DNA from: Lentisphaeria bacterium
Lineage (GTDB): Bacteria > Verrucomicrobiota > Lentisphaeria > JABSQK01 > JAWLHB01
DNA length: 64,000 bases
Direction of reading: 5' to 3'
NCBI GenBank assembly: GCA_041690595.1
Contig: JAWLHB010000006.1
Location: 186,001-250,000, forward strand
The translations under genes were made by a program, and so were the position numbers. Below the pieces are notes generated by a model. It worked only from the letters and a program-made list of their open reading frames with translations, was not told the origin of the DNA and ran no database searches. Shown one piece after another: positions 1 through 10,700 of the stretch (position 1 is the first letter of the stretch; every line of letters starts with the position of its first letter).

Positions 1-27
1 CAGATTCGTTGCCAAAAGCGCCGTCGC

Positions 28-43
28 TGGCATGGCACCTGCT
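28..43 (+). promoter_or_regulatory. Putative sigma54 (-24/-12) promoter
   Basis: TGGCATGGCACCTGCT fits TGGCAYG-N4-YTGCW with exact GG/GC spacing, ~125 bp upstream of the first CDS. Confidence 0.6.
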
Positions 44-169
44 TTCGACGAAAACAACCGCCGATGTCCATGCGGCTCACCCGGGCATCCTCTCAGAAAG
101 TGTAAAGCAATCAAGCCGACACCGTCAACAATTCTGTCATGAGTGTAACAACTGACCATAGTGCCTACC

Positions 170-1696
170 ATGAGCAAGCAAGAGGATGAAAAAGATACGA
201 GCAAGGATGGCAATAAGATGATGGGCAGCCGCGGTGTTTCCCGTCCCATGGCCATGAAGCAGATGAAACAGCATCACGACAAGCAGCAGAAGGACGACGG
301 CGGCATGGATCGCGACATGATGCTGCACATGCACCACAAGCAGACTCTCTGGATCTACTGGGTGTTGATCCTGCTGGGGCTCTGGACCATGGCCGCACCC
401 TTTGCATTCGGCTACTGGAACAATCCCGTGCAGCCGGCGGGAGGCCGCGACGTCTGGCTCGCGCAGGAAACGCGAATCCAATGCATGATCTGGAGCGATC
501 TCATCAGCGGTCTGCTGCTGGTCATCTTCGGCTGGCGAGGACTGCTGCCAAACCGTCCCATCAGCCTCTGGCTGGCATGTGGAGTCGGCGTCTGGATGAG
601 TTTTGCCCCCATTCTCTTCTGGTCGCCAAGTGCCGCGGCTTACTATAATGACACCTTCGTCGGAGCCCTGATTATCGCCCTCACCATCCTGATTCCCGGT
701 ATGCCCAACATGATCAACTACATGAAGATGGGCCCGGAACAGCCACCCGGCTGGAGCTACAATCCATCGAGTTGGCCGCAGCGATCGATCATGATCGCCG
801 CCGGTTTCGCCGGATGGCTCGTCTCCCGCTATGTCGCCATGTTCCAACTCGGCTACATCGACCAGGTCTGGGATCCCTTCTTCGCCGAAGGAAGTCGCCT
901 CGTCCTGACCAGCAAGATGAGCGAAGCGCTGCCGATCTCGGACGGTGCACTCGGCACCTTCGCCTATACCCTTGAATTCCTCATGGGGTGGATGGGCTCA
1001 CCCTCGCGGTGGCGAACCATGCCATGGATGGTGGCCCTCTTCGGCATTCTGGTGATCCCACTGGGGCTGGTGCATATCTTCCTGGTAGCCTCCCAGCCGG
1101 TGATTATCGGCGAATGGTGCACCATGTGTCTGCTGGCAGCCGCCATCATGTTGCCGATGATTCCTCTCGAGATCGACGAAGTCATTGCCATGATGCAGTT
1201 CATGAAGAAAAAGAAACGCGAAGGAATGTCCCTCTGGATGACCTTCTGGAAAGGCGGTACCGTCGACGGCGGCGGCAGCGACAAGCGCACCCCCGAGATG
1301 ATCGCATTCCCCCGGCAACCCATGAAGGTAACGGCCTCCATGTTCTGGGGCATGACCTTTCCCGTCACCCTCGTCATCACCACCCTCATCGGCGTCTGGT
1401 TGATGGGCGCGCCGGCCGTTCTCGAAACCCAGAAACCCATGATGGACGTCACCCGCATCTGCGGGGCCCTTGCCATCACCATCTCCGTTGTCTGCATGGG
1501 AGAGCCTCTCCGCCTGGGCCGTTACCTCAACCTTCTGGTCGGCGCGACCCTCATCATGGCACCATTCCTCGCCGGCGGCGGCACCACCCTCAGCCTCATG
1601 AACTCGCTCGCGGCAGGCATCCTCCTGATCGTCCTCAGCATTCCCCGCGGCCCGATCAATGAAAGCTTCAGTACATGGGACAAGCTGGTCCGCTGA
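170..1696 (+). CDS. Vitamin K epoxide reductase (VKOR) family membrane protein with SPW repeats
   Basis: Many TM helices. YNPSSWPQR...YQ/FQLGY...WDPFF...VLTS...PISDG.LG core and WCTMC CxxC motif; SPW-like hydrophobic repeats at both ends. ATG at 170 preferred over GTG at 161. Confidence 0.8.
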   Translation: MSKQEDEKDTSKDGNKMMGSRGVSRPMAMKQMKQHHDKQQKDDGGMDRDMMLHMHHKQTLWIYWVLILLGLWTMAAPFAFGYWNNPVQPAGGRDVWLAQETRIQCMIWSDLISGLLLVIFGWRGLLPNRPISLWLACGVGVWMSFAPILFWSPSAAAYYNDTFVGALIIALTILIPGMPNMINYMKMGPEQPPGWSYNPSSWPQRSIMIAAGFAGWLVSRYVAMFQLGYIDQVWDPFFAEGSRLVLTSKMSEALPISDGALGTFAYTLEFLMGWMGSPSRWRTMPWMVALFGILVIPLGLVHIFLVASQPVIIGEWCTMCLLAAAIMLPMIPLEIDEVIAMMQFMKKKKREGMSLWMTFWKGGTVDGGGSDKRTPEMIAFPRQPMKVTASMFWGMTFPVTLVITTLIGVWLMGAPAVLETQKPMMDVTRICGALAITISVVCMGEPLRLGRYLNLLVGATLIMAPFLAGGGTTLSLMNSLAAGILLIVLSIPRGPINESFSTWDKLVR

Positions 1697-1723
1697 AGCA
1701 CTCTCTCCACAAGGATAAGAAAG

Positions 1724-2995
1724 ATGAAGCAAGCACAGGTAGCTCTGGCCAGACTGGAAGACGACTCCGAGGATGCCATCCGTGCCAGCGTTCGACGCGC
1801 GCTGGATCATATCGGCGGTATCACCAGCTATGTAGCCGCGGGGCACAAGGTCCTGCTCAAACCCAATCAGACTCTCTTCATGCCCGAGCGCAGCGGCTCC
1901 ACGACATCGCCGCGCCTCATCCGCGTGCTCGTCCAACTCTGTCGCGAAGCGGGTGCCAAAGAGGTCTGGGTGGCCGAAGCCGCGGGCCACGCACAGAAGA
2001 GCCGCAATATCATGGAAAGTACCGGCATGGTCAAGGGTGCCAGAGAGGCTGGCGCTCGCCTCATCTTCCTGGACGAGATAGCCGAAGACATCGACGACTT
2101 CGGTGAGGATGCCGGAGACCTGCGCTACATGCCCGCTCCCGAAATCATGCGCCGGGCCGACGTCATCATCGATGTCCCCAAGGCCAAGACGCACTTCATG
2201 GACCCCATCAGCGGCGCCTGCAAGAACTGGGTGGGCGTCATCCCCATGTCCTACCGCCTCGCCTTGCAGCGCAAGGTCGATCCCTATTATCGCGCCACCG
2301 CCCTCTTCCTGCGCCAGTACCGTCCCCATCTCACCATCTTCGACGGCGGACATGCCGGCGAGGGACAGGGCCCCGGCTCCAACGAAGCCTTCTGGTGGGG
2401 CTGGACCCTGGCTTCCAGCGACCCCTGCGCCGCCGATGTCACCGTCTGTCGCCTCTTTGGTCTCGACCCCGCCAAATGCCGCATGGTCCGTGAAGCGGCC
2501 CAGCTTGGCGTAGGCATCTTCGATCCAGATCGCATCCAACTCCTCGGGGCCACCTTCGAGACGGCCTTTCGTCAGGCCAAGCCGGCCGATCCCAGCGTCG
2601 ACCGCTACCCTGTCCGCGTGATTGTCGGCCAAAACGGCGCCTCCATGGAGGGTACCCTCGGACACTGGAAAACCATCGCCGACGGCTGGCTCGACACCAA
2701 CGTCTGGAAGCTCTTCACCATCAAGGGAAAACCCACCTTCCTCTTTGGCGATGCGGAAGATCCCGACTTCGAGAAGCACCTCGAAGAGGGCCCCTATGTC
2801 GTCCTCGACGATGCAGCCCTCGACAAGTACAAGTACCATCCCGAGGTAACCTTCGTCCCCGGTTCTCCCGTACCCCAGTCCTACATCCAGAACGAGATGG
2901 TCGAAGGCATGGGCTTCGGCGGCATATACCAGTTTGGTCTCTCCATCGAGAAGATGATCGAGAAGTGGAAAGGCAAACGCCAGTCCACCGACTGA
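1724..2995 (+). CDS. DUF362 domain-containing protein
   Basis: KVLLKPN, TTSP, VPKAKTH, GACKNWVG, GEGQGP and ASSDPCAAD motifs typical of DUF362. Confidence 0.8.
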   Translation: MKQAQVALARLEDDSEDAIRASVRRALDHIGGITSYVAAGHKVLLKPNQTLFMPERSGSTTSPRLIRVLVQLCREAGAKEVWVAEAAGHAQKSRNIMESTGMVKGAREAGARLIFLDEIAEDIDDFGEDAGDLRYMPAPEIMRRADVIIDVPKAKTHFMDPISGACKNWVGVIPMSYRLALQRKVDPYYRATALFLRQYRPHLTIFDGGHAGEGQGPGSNEAFWWGWTLASSDPCAADVTVCRLFGLDPAKCRMVREAAQLGVGIFDPDRIQLLGATFETAFRQAKPADPSVDRYPVRVIVGQNGASMEGTLGHWKTIADGWLDTNVWKLFTIKGKPTFLFGDAEDPDFEKHLEEGPYVVLDDAALDKYKYHPEVTFVPGSPVPQSYIQNEMVEGMGFGGIYQFGLSIEKMIEKWKGKRQSTD

Positions 2996-3009
2996 CCACC
3001 CCCGCGCCC

Positions 3010-3090
3010 GATCCGCCTGATCCGCCCGATCCGCCTGATCCGCCCGATCCGCCTGATCCGCCTGATCCGCCTGATCCGCCCGATCCGCCC
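3010..3090 (+). repeat. Tandem 9-bp repeat (GATCCGCCY)x9
   Basis: Read directly; intergenic, just after the DUF362 stop. Confidence 0.95.
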
Positions 3091-3126
3091 GATCTCGCGT
3101 CCCCGCGCTCGCCCTACCCCGCTCCT

Positions 3127-3157
3127 TCTTTGCGATCTTTGCGTTCTTTGTGGTTAA
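3127..3157 (+). repeat. Short 9-bp triplet TCTTTGCGA-TCTTTGCGT-TCTTTGTGG-TTAA
   Basis: Read directly; 27/31 identical to 17067-17097. Confidence 0.85.
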
Positions 3158-3261
3158 TTCCTGCCGCGTCCTCGTCTCCACCCATCCACTGCCGCCTCCC
3201 CGCCTGGCACCCGTCGAATTGGGTTGTATCGTATGCCACACCACAAAGACGGGAGAAACCG

Positions 3262-4341
3262 ATGATCGACGCGGCGAGATGGGCAAGACTGGGCGATGAA
3301 CCGTTGCCGGGCAAACTGCGGCTGCTGGACCAGACAAAGCTGCCGATGGAGACAACCTACATCGAGCTGGACGATGCCGCTCTCATCCATGAGGCCGTCA
3401 AGCGCCTGGTGGTGCGTGGCGCCCCCGCCATTGGCATTGCCGCCGCCTACGGGCTGATCGCCGTCGTGCAACACTCCCAGGCTACCAACGCCGCTGACTT
3501 CGAGAAAGAGGTGCGGAAGGCTGCCGACTACCTGGCTACGTCGCGCCCCACGGCGGTCAATCTCTTCTGGGCTTTGGACCGCTGTCGCGGGCGGCTCGCG
3601 CGGGAAATGGCCTCAAACCCAGACGTCGCGGCCCTCAAGGCGGCGCTCTGGCAGGAGGCGGATGCCATCTGCCGTGAAGATATCGCCATGTGCCGCGGCA
3701 TCGGCGAACACGGCGTCGAACTCTTCACCGCCCAGACCGGTGTCCTCACCCACTGCAACGCCGGTGCGCTGGCGACAGGCGACTACGGCACCGCCCTCTC
3801 CCCCATCTATCTGGCCCATGAGCGCAAGCTGAAGCCACGCGTCTTCGCCGACGAAACGCGGCCCCTCCTGCAGGGCGCGCGGCTGACCGCCTGGGAGCTA
3901 CAGCGGGCCGGCGTGGATGTAACCGTCATCTGCGACAACATGGCCGCCCAGGTCATGCGCGAAGGAAAGATCGACCTCGTCATCGTCGGCGCCGACCGCA
4001 TCGCCGCTAACGGCGACGCCGCCAACAAGATCGGCACCTATGGCGTCGCCATTCTCGCCAACTACCATGGCATCCCCTTCTACGTCGCCGCCCCCTACTC
4101 CACCATCGACATGGCCACCCCAACCGGAGCAGGCATTCCCATCGAGCAGCGTGATGGCGCCGAAATCGGCCACGGCTTCGGCCGTCAGACCGCCCCCACC
4201 GGCGTGACCTTCTACAATCCCGCCTTCGACGTCACCCCCCACGACCTCATCGCCGGCATCATCACCGAGCGCGGCATTCTCCGCGCCCCCTACGACCAGA
4301 GCATCCGCCAACTCTTCGCCTCCCCCACCCCCACAGCCTGA
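3262..4341 (+). CDS. mtnA: S-methyl-5-thioribose-1-phosphate isomerase
   Basis: LLDQTKLP, VRGAPAIG, SRPTAVNLFWA, LTHCNAGALAT, DETRPLLQGARLTAWEL, GADRIAANGDAANKIGTY, NPAFDVTP. ATG 3262 follows a GGGAG RBS; the ORF-track N-terminal PPD extension is the translated repeat. Confidence 0.95.
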   Translation: MIDAARWARLGDEPLPGKLRLLDQTKLPMETTYIELDDAALIHEAVKRLVVRGAPAIGIAAAYGLIAVVQHSQATNAADFEKEVRKAADYLATSRPTAVNLFWALDRCRGRLAREMASNPDVAALKAALWQEADAICREDIAMCRGIGEHGVELFTAQTGVLTHCNAGALATGDYGTALSPIYLAHERKLKPRVFADETRPLLQGARLTAWELQRAGVDVTVICDNMAAQVMREGKIDLVIVGADRIAANGDAANKIGTYGVAILANYHGIPFYVAAPYSTIDMATPTGAGIPIEQRDGAEIGHGFGRQTAPTGVTFYNPAFDVTPHDLIAGIITERGILRAPYDQSIRQLFASPTPTA

Positions 4342-4350
4342 CGCAATCCC

Positions 4351-4395
4351 GTCCGACACGTCCGACACGTCCGACACGTCCGACACGTCCGACAC
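4351..4395 (+). repeat. Tandem 9-bp repeat (GTCCGACAC)x5
   Basis: Perfect tandem array directly after the mtnA stop. Confidence 0.95.
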
Positions 4396-4436
4396 GTCCC
4401 CAGCCCCAACGGGCCCAACGGGGCTACGTCCCTTAG

Positions 4437-4473
4437 CCCAGGGTTGTGCCGCCAACGGCGGTGCTACCCTGGG
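4437..4473. repeat. REP-like palindrome / hairpin between convergent genes
   Basis: CCCAGGGT-tgtg-CCGCC-aac-GGCGG-tgct-ACCCTGGG forms a long stem with G-T pairs. Confidence 0.65.
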
Positions 4474-4480
4474 TAAACCC

Positions 4481-4513
4481 CAGATCCGTCAGATCCGTCA
4501 GATCCGTCAGATC
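4481..4513 (+). repeat. Tandem 9-bp repeat (CAGATCCGT)x3 plus partial unit
   Basis: Read directly. Confidence 0.9.
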
Positions 4514-4785
4514 GATCTGATCAGCGTCGCTTTCGCCCTGAGAACGGCATTCGCCTGAGTGGCCCCGCATTCGCGTTGCCCCTTCCCAACGCCTGCCTCC
4601 CCTGATCCGCCCTCCGTCCACCCCTTACCCCCGCGTCCCCCATTATCACCCCATACCTTGCCGGGAGCTGGAGATCCGATCTCCAGCTCCCGACAAGCAG
4701 CAATGAGGGGTCTGGGGAGGTGCGCCTCCCCAGCGGGGTCCGGGGCAGCGCCCCGCCGGTCCGCCCCGCCGATCGTCCCGCGCCC

Positions 4786-7700
4786 CTACTCCACCGGCTG
4801 GTAGCCGGCGGGCAGGCGAGCTTCAAGGAAATCCACCGCCTCCAGCAGGCTCATTCCTTCACGGTTGAAGTGCAGCGTCTCCGTCGCGCGCAGGGTCCCA
4901 CTCAGAATCGCCTGGTGGTACTCCTGGCTATCGGGAGCGTGGCGCCACACCTCCCCAGCCAGACTGCCCGGGAAGCTCTGCACACTCCCTCCGCCGATGT
5001 CGGCGGCTCGATTCGCTCCGTACAGCAGCTTGAACTGGATGCCCGTCCCCTGAGTCGTGCCCGCCGGATCGTAGCCGCCCAGCATCGTATACGCATTGCT
5101 CCCATCCTGCAGTTGGTAATGGAAGGCCTCCAGCGGCGTCCACTCCTCGATCGTGTACCAGAGACCGCTGGCATTGCGCCAGCCGAGGATCGCCTGCATC
5201 TGGCCGCTGGCCAGATCGAGCACCAGATAACCGCTGTAGCTCATCGTCATCGCCGCACCGTCCACCATATCCAGACCGCTGTAGCTCACACTGTAACAGA
5301 TCAACCCTTCACCCGCCGTTGACGGCGTTGCCGAGGGGGTTGCCGCCAACGAGGTCGAGCCGCCCACCTCGATGCCATACCGCGCGATCAGCTCCTCACA
5401 CAGTTCCACGTGCGAGCGATTGCGCAGGTTGGCGTCACGCCCCGTCACCAGATCGATCCGCGCCGCGAAGGTCACCGCACTCGTGACCGTCGGCTCGTTA
5501 ACTCCCTCGCCGAAACGCCAGTCGCCACCAAAAGCGGCGCAGACCATCGCACTCTCTCCGCCAAGATCCACCGCCGTGCTGCTCGCTTCTCCAACCAGCT
5601 CCGCGTAATCGAAGCGGCCCGCCTCCCCCCTGCCATCGCTGTTGGTCAGGAACCAATAGGTGCGCCCATCGTCCAGCGCCACGCTGTACCACAAGCCCGC
5701 GGCCGACCAATCCAACCGTTCGCCCGCGCCATTCCCCCAGCGGACGAGCATCGTCACCAGGCGCCGTTCCAGGTCGAGCACCAGAAAGCCGCTGCCACTC
5801 AGCGTCTCCTGGATACCGTATTGGTTCCCACGCAGCGTCAGGTTGTAGACGATGTTCAGCGCCTTGTCGTCATCCACAACCGTCAGCGTCGCACTCCCCG
5901 ATGCATGCCCCAGCGCCGTGGCGGTGATGAGCACCGCCTGATCCCCATCGGCCACGTCGTCGTCACCCACGGTGATGGTGAAGGTCGTCGACAGGCTCCC
6001 CGCGGGGATCGTCGCCGTGGCGGGCACCACCGCTTCCGTCGCATCGCTGCTGCTCAGGCTCACGACCAGCTCCGCCGTCGTCTCCGTGTTGCGGCTGAGC
6101 GTGGCGCTGGTGGTGCCACTGCTTTCCCCCACGCGCTCCGCAAGCAGCGTCACGGTCAGCACGGGATCGTCATTGTCGATGATCGTGCCGGTCGCCGTCA
6201 GCACACCCGGGACCAACGACTCCAGGTCAGCCAGGGTGACCGTGAAGCTCTCCATCGGTTCGTTAAGTCCGTCATCCACGGTTTGGACGTCGATCATCCG
6301 GCTGGTCACCCCCGCGGCAAAGGTGAGGGTGCCGCTGCCATTCACGTAGTCGCTGCCCGCGAGCGCGCTGCCAGGCGTCAGGCTCCAGCTCACACTGGTG
6401 ACCAGCGGGCTGGCCCCATCGAGCGTCACCGCCAAGCTCAGCACCTGCCCCTCCGTTGCCGACGACGCTGCGATGCTCACCGCCGGTGCGTCGTCATCCA
6501 GAATGGTGCCAACCCCCGTGCCGACCGCGATTGTCGCCCGCTCAGCGGAGGACAGGATCACCGAAAAGCTCTCCGTCAACTCATGCACCGCGTCGTCGAT
6601 CAGCGACACGTCAATGGTGGCAGTGAACTGGCCAGCGGCGATGGTCGAGGTGCCACTGGTGCCCACGTAGTCGCTGACGGCGGTAGCGCTGCCCGCGACC
6701 GTCGCATACTCGACGGTGACGTCACGGCCACTCAACTCGCTGAGGGTGACCGTGAAGGTCAACGCGCCTTCGTCCTCATCGCCGGTGACGCTGTCGATGC
6801 TCAACGTGCGATTGATCGCGTCCACGGTCAGGGTGACCGTACCGACATCGCTGGCGATGCCGTCGCTCACCGTATACGTGAAGCTGTCAGGGCCAGCATA
6901 GCCATCGGCCGGCATGTAGGTGAAGGAACCGTCAGTGGCGAGGTTCAGCTCGCCGTGGATGACGTCGGTGGCGACCGTGGCGGTAAGCTGGTCGCCATCG
7001 TCATCAGTGTCGTTGGCGAGAACGCCCGCGGCGGAGACGGTCAGCAGGTTGTCGCTGCCGATCGACCAGGCGTCGGCGACGGCGACGGGCGCCGTGTTCT
7101 CCAACTCGTAGGCCCCCATATCGACGATATCCTTCTTGATACGGGCAGTACCATCGAGATCGAAAGGAATGGGCTCGGCGGTGTCGAGATCGCCGTCGAG
7201 GTCGGCGAGGTCTGCGGGGATCGCGGCGTTGCTGCCAGCGTTGCTGGCGGGGGAGCCGGGCTGGAGACGATAGTCGCCGTTGGCAGCGTCGACGAAGAGC
7301 GGGTCGGCGTTGAGGTTGCCCTCGCCGGTCCAGCCGCCTTCGACGATGGAGTAGGAGACGAGGGTGAGGGCGCCAGCGTTATCGACGATTTCGGTGCCGT
7401 TGCCCCAGAGGATGCAGTTGGTGAGCGTGGGGGAGCGCTCCAGATTGGTGTAGAGAGCGCCACCGGTGCCGGAGGCGCTGTTGCCGGTGAGGGTGCAGTT
7501 GATGAGCGTCGGGAACGAGTAATCGTTGGATATGGCACCTCCATCCCTGGCAGCGCTGTTGCCGGTGAAGATGCAGTTGATCAGCGTCGGCGAAGAGCTG
7601 CTGCCGTTATAGATGCCGCCACCGTCGTAGAGTGCACTGTTTGCGGTGAAGGCGCAGTTGATCAGCGTCGGTGAGGATTGCGAATTGCTTATGCCGCCGC

Positions 7701-10700
7701 CAAATAGCCCATGGTTTGCCGTGAAGGTGCAAGTGCTTATGGTCGGTGAAGAGGCGTTGTTACGCATGCCGGAAGTCGTAGCCCCGGTGATGGTAACGCC
7801 GTCGAGGATGGCGGTGGCGTCGAGGTCTTGGTTCAGGACGACATAGTAGGCGTTGTCGCTGTTGTCCGTGGGCGTGCCAAGGTCACCTGAGAGGATGGTG
7901 ACGTGGCTCCGCCAGTCGCGCTCATCGCGCGCGCTCTCGGTACCGGCAAAGCCGCCGTAGATGCCGACGTTGTTCTTCATCTGGAAGGTCACATAGCGGG
8001 GACCGCTGCCGCCGACCTGCACGGAGGGGTAGTAGGTGCCAGCCGCGATCCAGATCTCGTCGCCGGGGATGGTATTCGCGAGGGCATCCTGGAGGTCGAG
8101 GAAGGCGTTGGCCCAGGAGAAGCCATCATTAGCCCCGCCAGTGGCGTCGAGGTCGACAAAGAGGGTCGTCGGGAGCCGGTCGTTGTCGATGATCGCGATC
8201 TGCGCCTGGTCAGGACTGCCGGCGGTGGCGCCAGTGACGCTGGCGAGGGTGAGGACGACCGTCTCGTTGTCACCCGGCTCGTAGAGGGTGTCGTCGATCG
8301 CAGTGACAGTCACGCTGCCGGTCGTCGCGAGCGCGGCGATGACGATGGTCTGGCTGGAGACGCTGAAGTCGCTGCTGTCGGCCGTGCCGCTGATGGCAAG
8401 ATTGACGGTGACCTCCTGGGTAGTGGCGTGGCTGAGGGTCGCCGTGAAGGTGGCGACACCACCCGCTTCGTCGATAGTCGCCGGGGCGCTGGTGAGCGTC
8501 ACGGTCGGGAGCCGGTCGTTGTCGATGATCGCGGTCTGCGCCTGGTCAGGACTGCCGGCGGTGGCGCCAGTGACGCTGGCGAGGGTGAGGACGACCGTCT
8601 CGTTGTCACCCGGCTCGTAGAGGGTGTCGTCGATCGCAGTGACAGTCACGCTGCCGGTCGTCGCGAGCGCGGCGATGACGATGGTCTGGCTGGAGACGCT
8701 GAAGTCGCTGCTGTCGGCCGTGCCGCTGATGGCAAGATTGACGGTGACCTCCTGGGTAGTGGCGTGGCTGAGGGTCGCCGTGAAGGTGGCGACACCACCC
8801 GCTTCGTCGATAGTCGCCGGGGCGCTGGTGAGCGTCACGGTCGGCTGGTTTTCGTCGTCGAGGATGGTGCCGCTGCCGCTGCCGACCGCGATCGTCGCCC
8901 GGTTCGGGTTGGAGAGGACCACCGTGAAGCTCTCCGTGCCCTCGTACACCGCATCGTCGATCACCGACACGTCAATGGTGGCAGTGAACTGGCCAGCGGC
9001 GATGAACAAGGTGCCACTGATGCCCACGTAGTCGCTGACGGCGGTAGCACTGCCCGCGACCGTGCCATACGCCGCGCTCACCTCACGGCCACTTACCTCG
9101 CTGAGGGTGACCGTGAAGGTCAAAGCGCCTTCGTCCTCATCGCCGGTGACGCTGTCGATGCTCAACGTGCGATTGATCGCATCCACGGTCAGGGTGACCG
9201 TACCGACATCGCTGGCGATGCCGTCGCTCACCGTGTAGGTGAAGCTGTCAGGGCCGGCATAGCCATCGGCCGGCATGTAGGTGAAGGAGCCGTCCGCGGC
9301 AAGGTTCAGCTCGCCGTGGATGACATCCGTCAGCACCGTCGCCGTCAACTGGTCGCCATCGTCGTCGGTGTCGTTGCCGAGAACGCCGGCGGCGGAGACA
9401 GTCAGCAGGTTGTCCCTGCCGATCGACCAGGCATCAGCCACGGCGACGGGGGCAACGTTGGGAATGAGTAGTTCGTATGCGCCCATGTCGACCGTGTCGT
9501 TCTTGACGCGATCGGTGCCGTCCAGGTCGTAGGCGATGGCCTCGGCGGTGTCGAGATCGCCGTCGAGGTCGGCAACGTCGGCAGGCAAGGCGGCGTTACT
9601 GCCAGCGTTGATGGCGGGGGAGTCGGGCTGGAGACGATAGTCGCCGTTGCCGGCGTCGACGAAAAGCGGGTCGGCGTTGGTGGCGCCCGTGAACCCGCCT
9701 TCGACGATGGAGAAGGTGACGGTGGTGACGGCAGCGTCGGTGTCGACGATTTCGGTGCCGTTATCCCAGAGGATGGAGTTGGTGATGGTGGGGGAGCCGT
9801 CGAAGTCGTTGTAGATGCCGTCGCCGGTGCCGGTGGCGCTGTTGCCGGTGAGGGTACAGTTGATCAGCGTCAGTGAGGAGCGGAAATTGTGGATGGCGCC
9901 ACCATTGATAGTCGCGCTGTTTCCGGTGAGGGTGCAGTTGATCAAGATCGGTGAAGAGAAGCCGCCGTTCTTGATGGCGCCGCCATCCCAGGTCGCGCTG
10001 TTGTCGGCGAAGGTGCAGTTGACCAGCGTCGGTGAAGAGAAGCTGACGTTGTTCATGCCGCCACCGTCTCGTCTCGCGCTGTTTGCGGTGAAGGTGCAGT
10101 TGGTCAGCGTCGGTGAGGAGCTGACGTTGTACATACCGCCTCCGTATGCCCCATGGTTGGCGGTGAACGTACAGTTGGTGATGGTCGGCGAAGAGTAGTT
10201 ATTCCACATACCGGCCTCAGACGCACCGGTGATGGTAACGCCGTCGAGTATGGCGGTGGCGTCGAGGTCTTGGCTTTTGATGACGTAGGAGGCGTTGTCG
10301 GAAGCGTCGTCCTCAATTCCGATATCACCGGAGAGAATCGTCACGTGGGTCTGCCAGTCACGCTCCTCGCGGGCCGTCTCGGTACCGGAAAAACCGCCGT
10401 AGATGCCGACGCCGTTCTTCATCTGGAAGGTGGCGAAAGGCGCACCGCTGCCGCCAACTTCGACGGAGGGCTTGTAGGTGCCGGCAGCAATCCAGATCTC
10501 GTCGCCGGATTCAGCGAGGGTAAGCGCGTCCTGCAGGTCGTTCATGGCATTCGTCCAGTCGGAGCCGTTACCGCCGGGGGCGGAGGCATCGACGTAGAAG
10601 ATGGGGCCCACGTAGACAGAGCCCTCGAAGGCACCCATGTTGACGGTACCGCTTTGGATGCGGGCACTGCCGCGGAGGTCGTAGGGGATGGGCTCGGCGA

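Noticed and set aside
2965..3261. PPD-repeat N-terminal extension of the mtnA ORF (and similar PPD/DRA/GGS ORFs at 30.3k and 33.1k)
   Set aside because: These are translations of the intergenic 9-bp DNA arrays; mtnA has a proper RBS and ATG at 3262
3010..4513. Possible CRISPR array
   Set aside because: Units are 9 bp, contiguous, with no unique spacers and no cas genes
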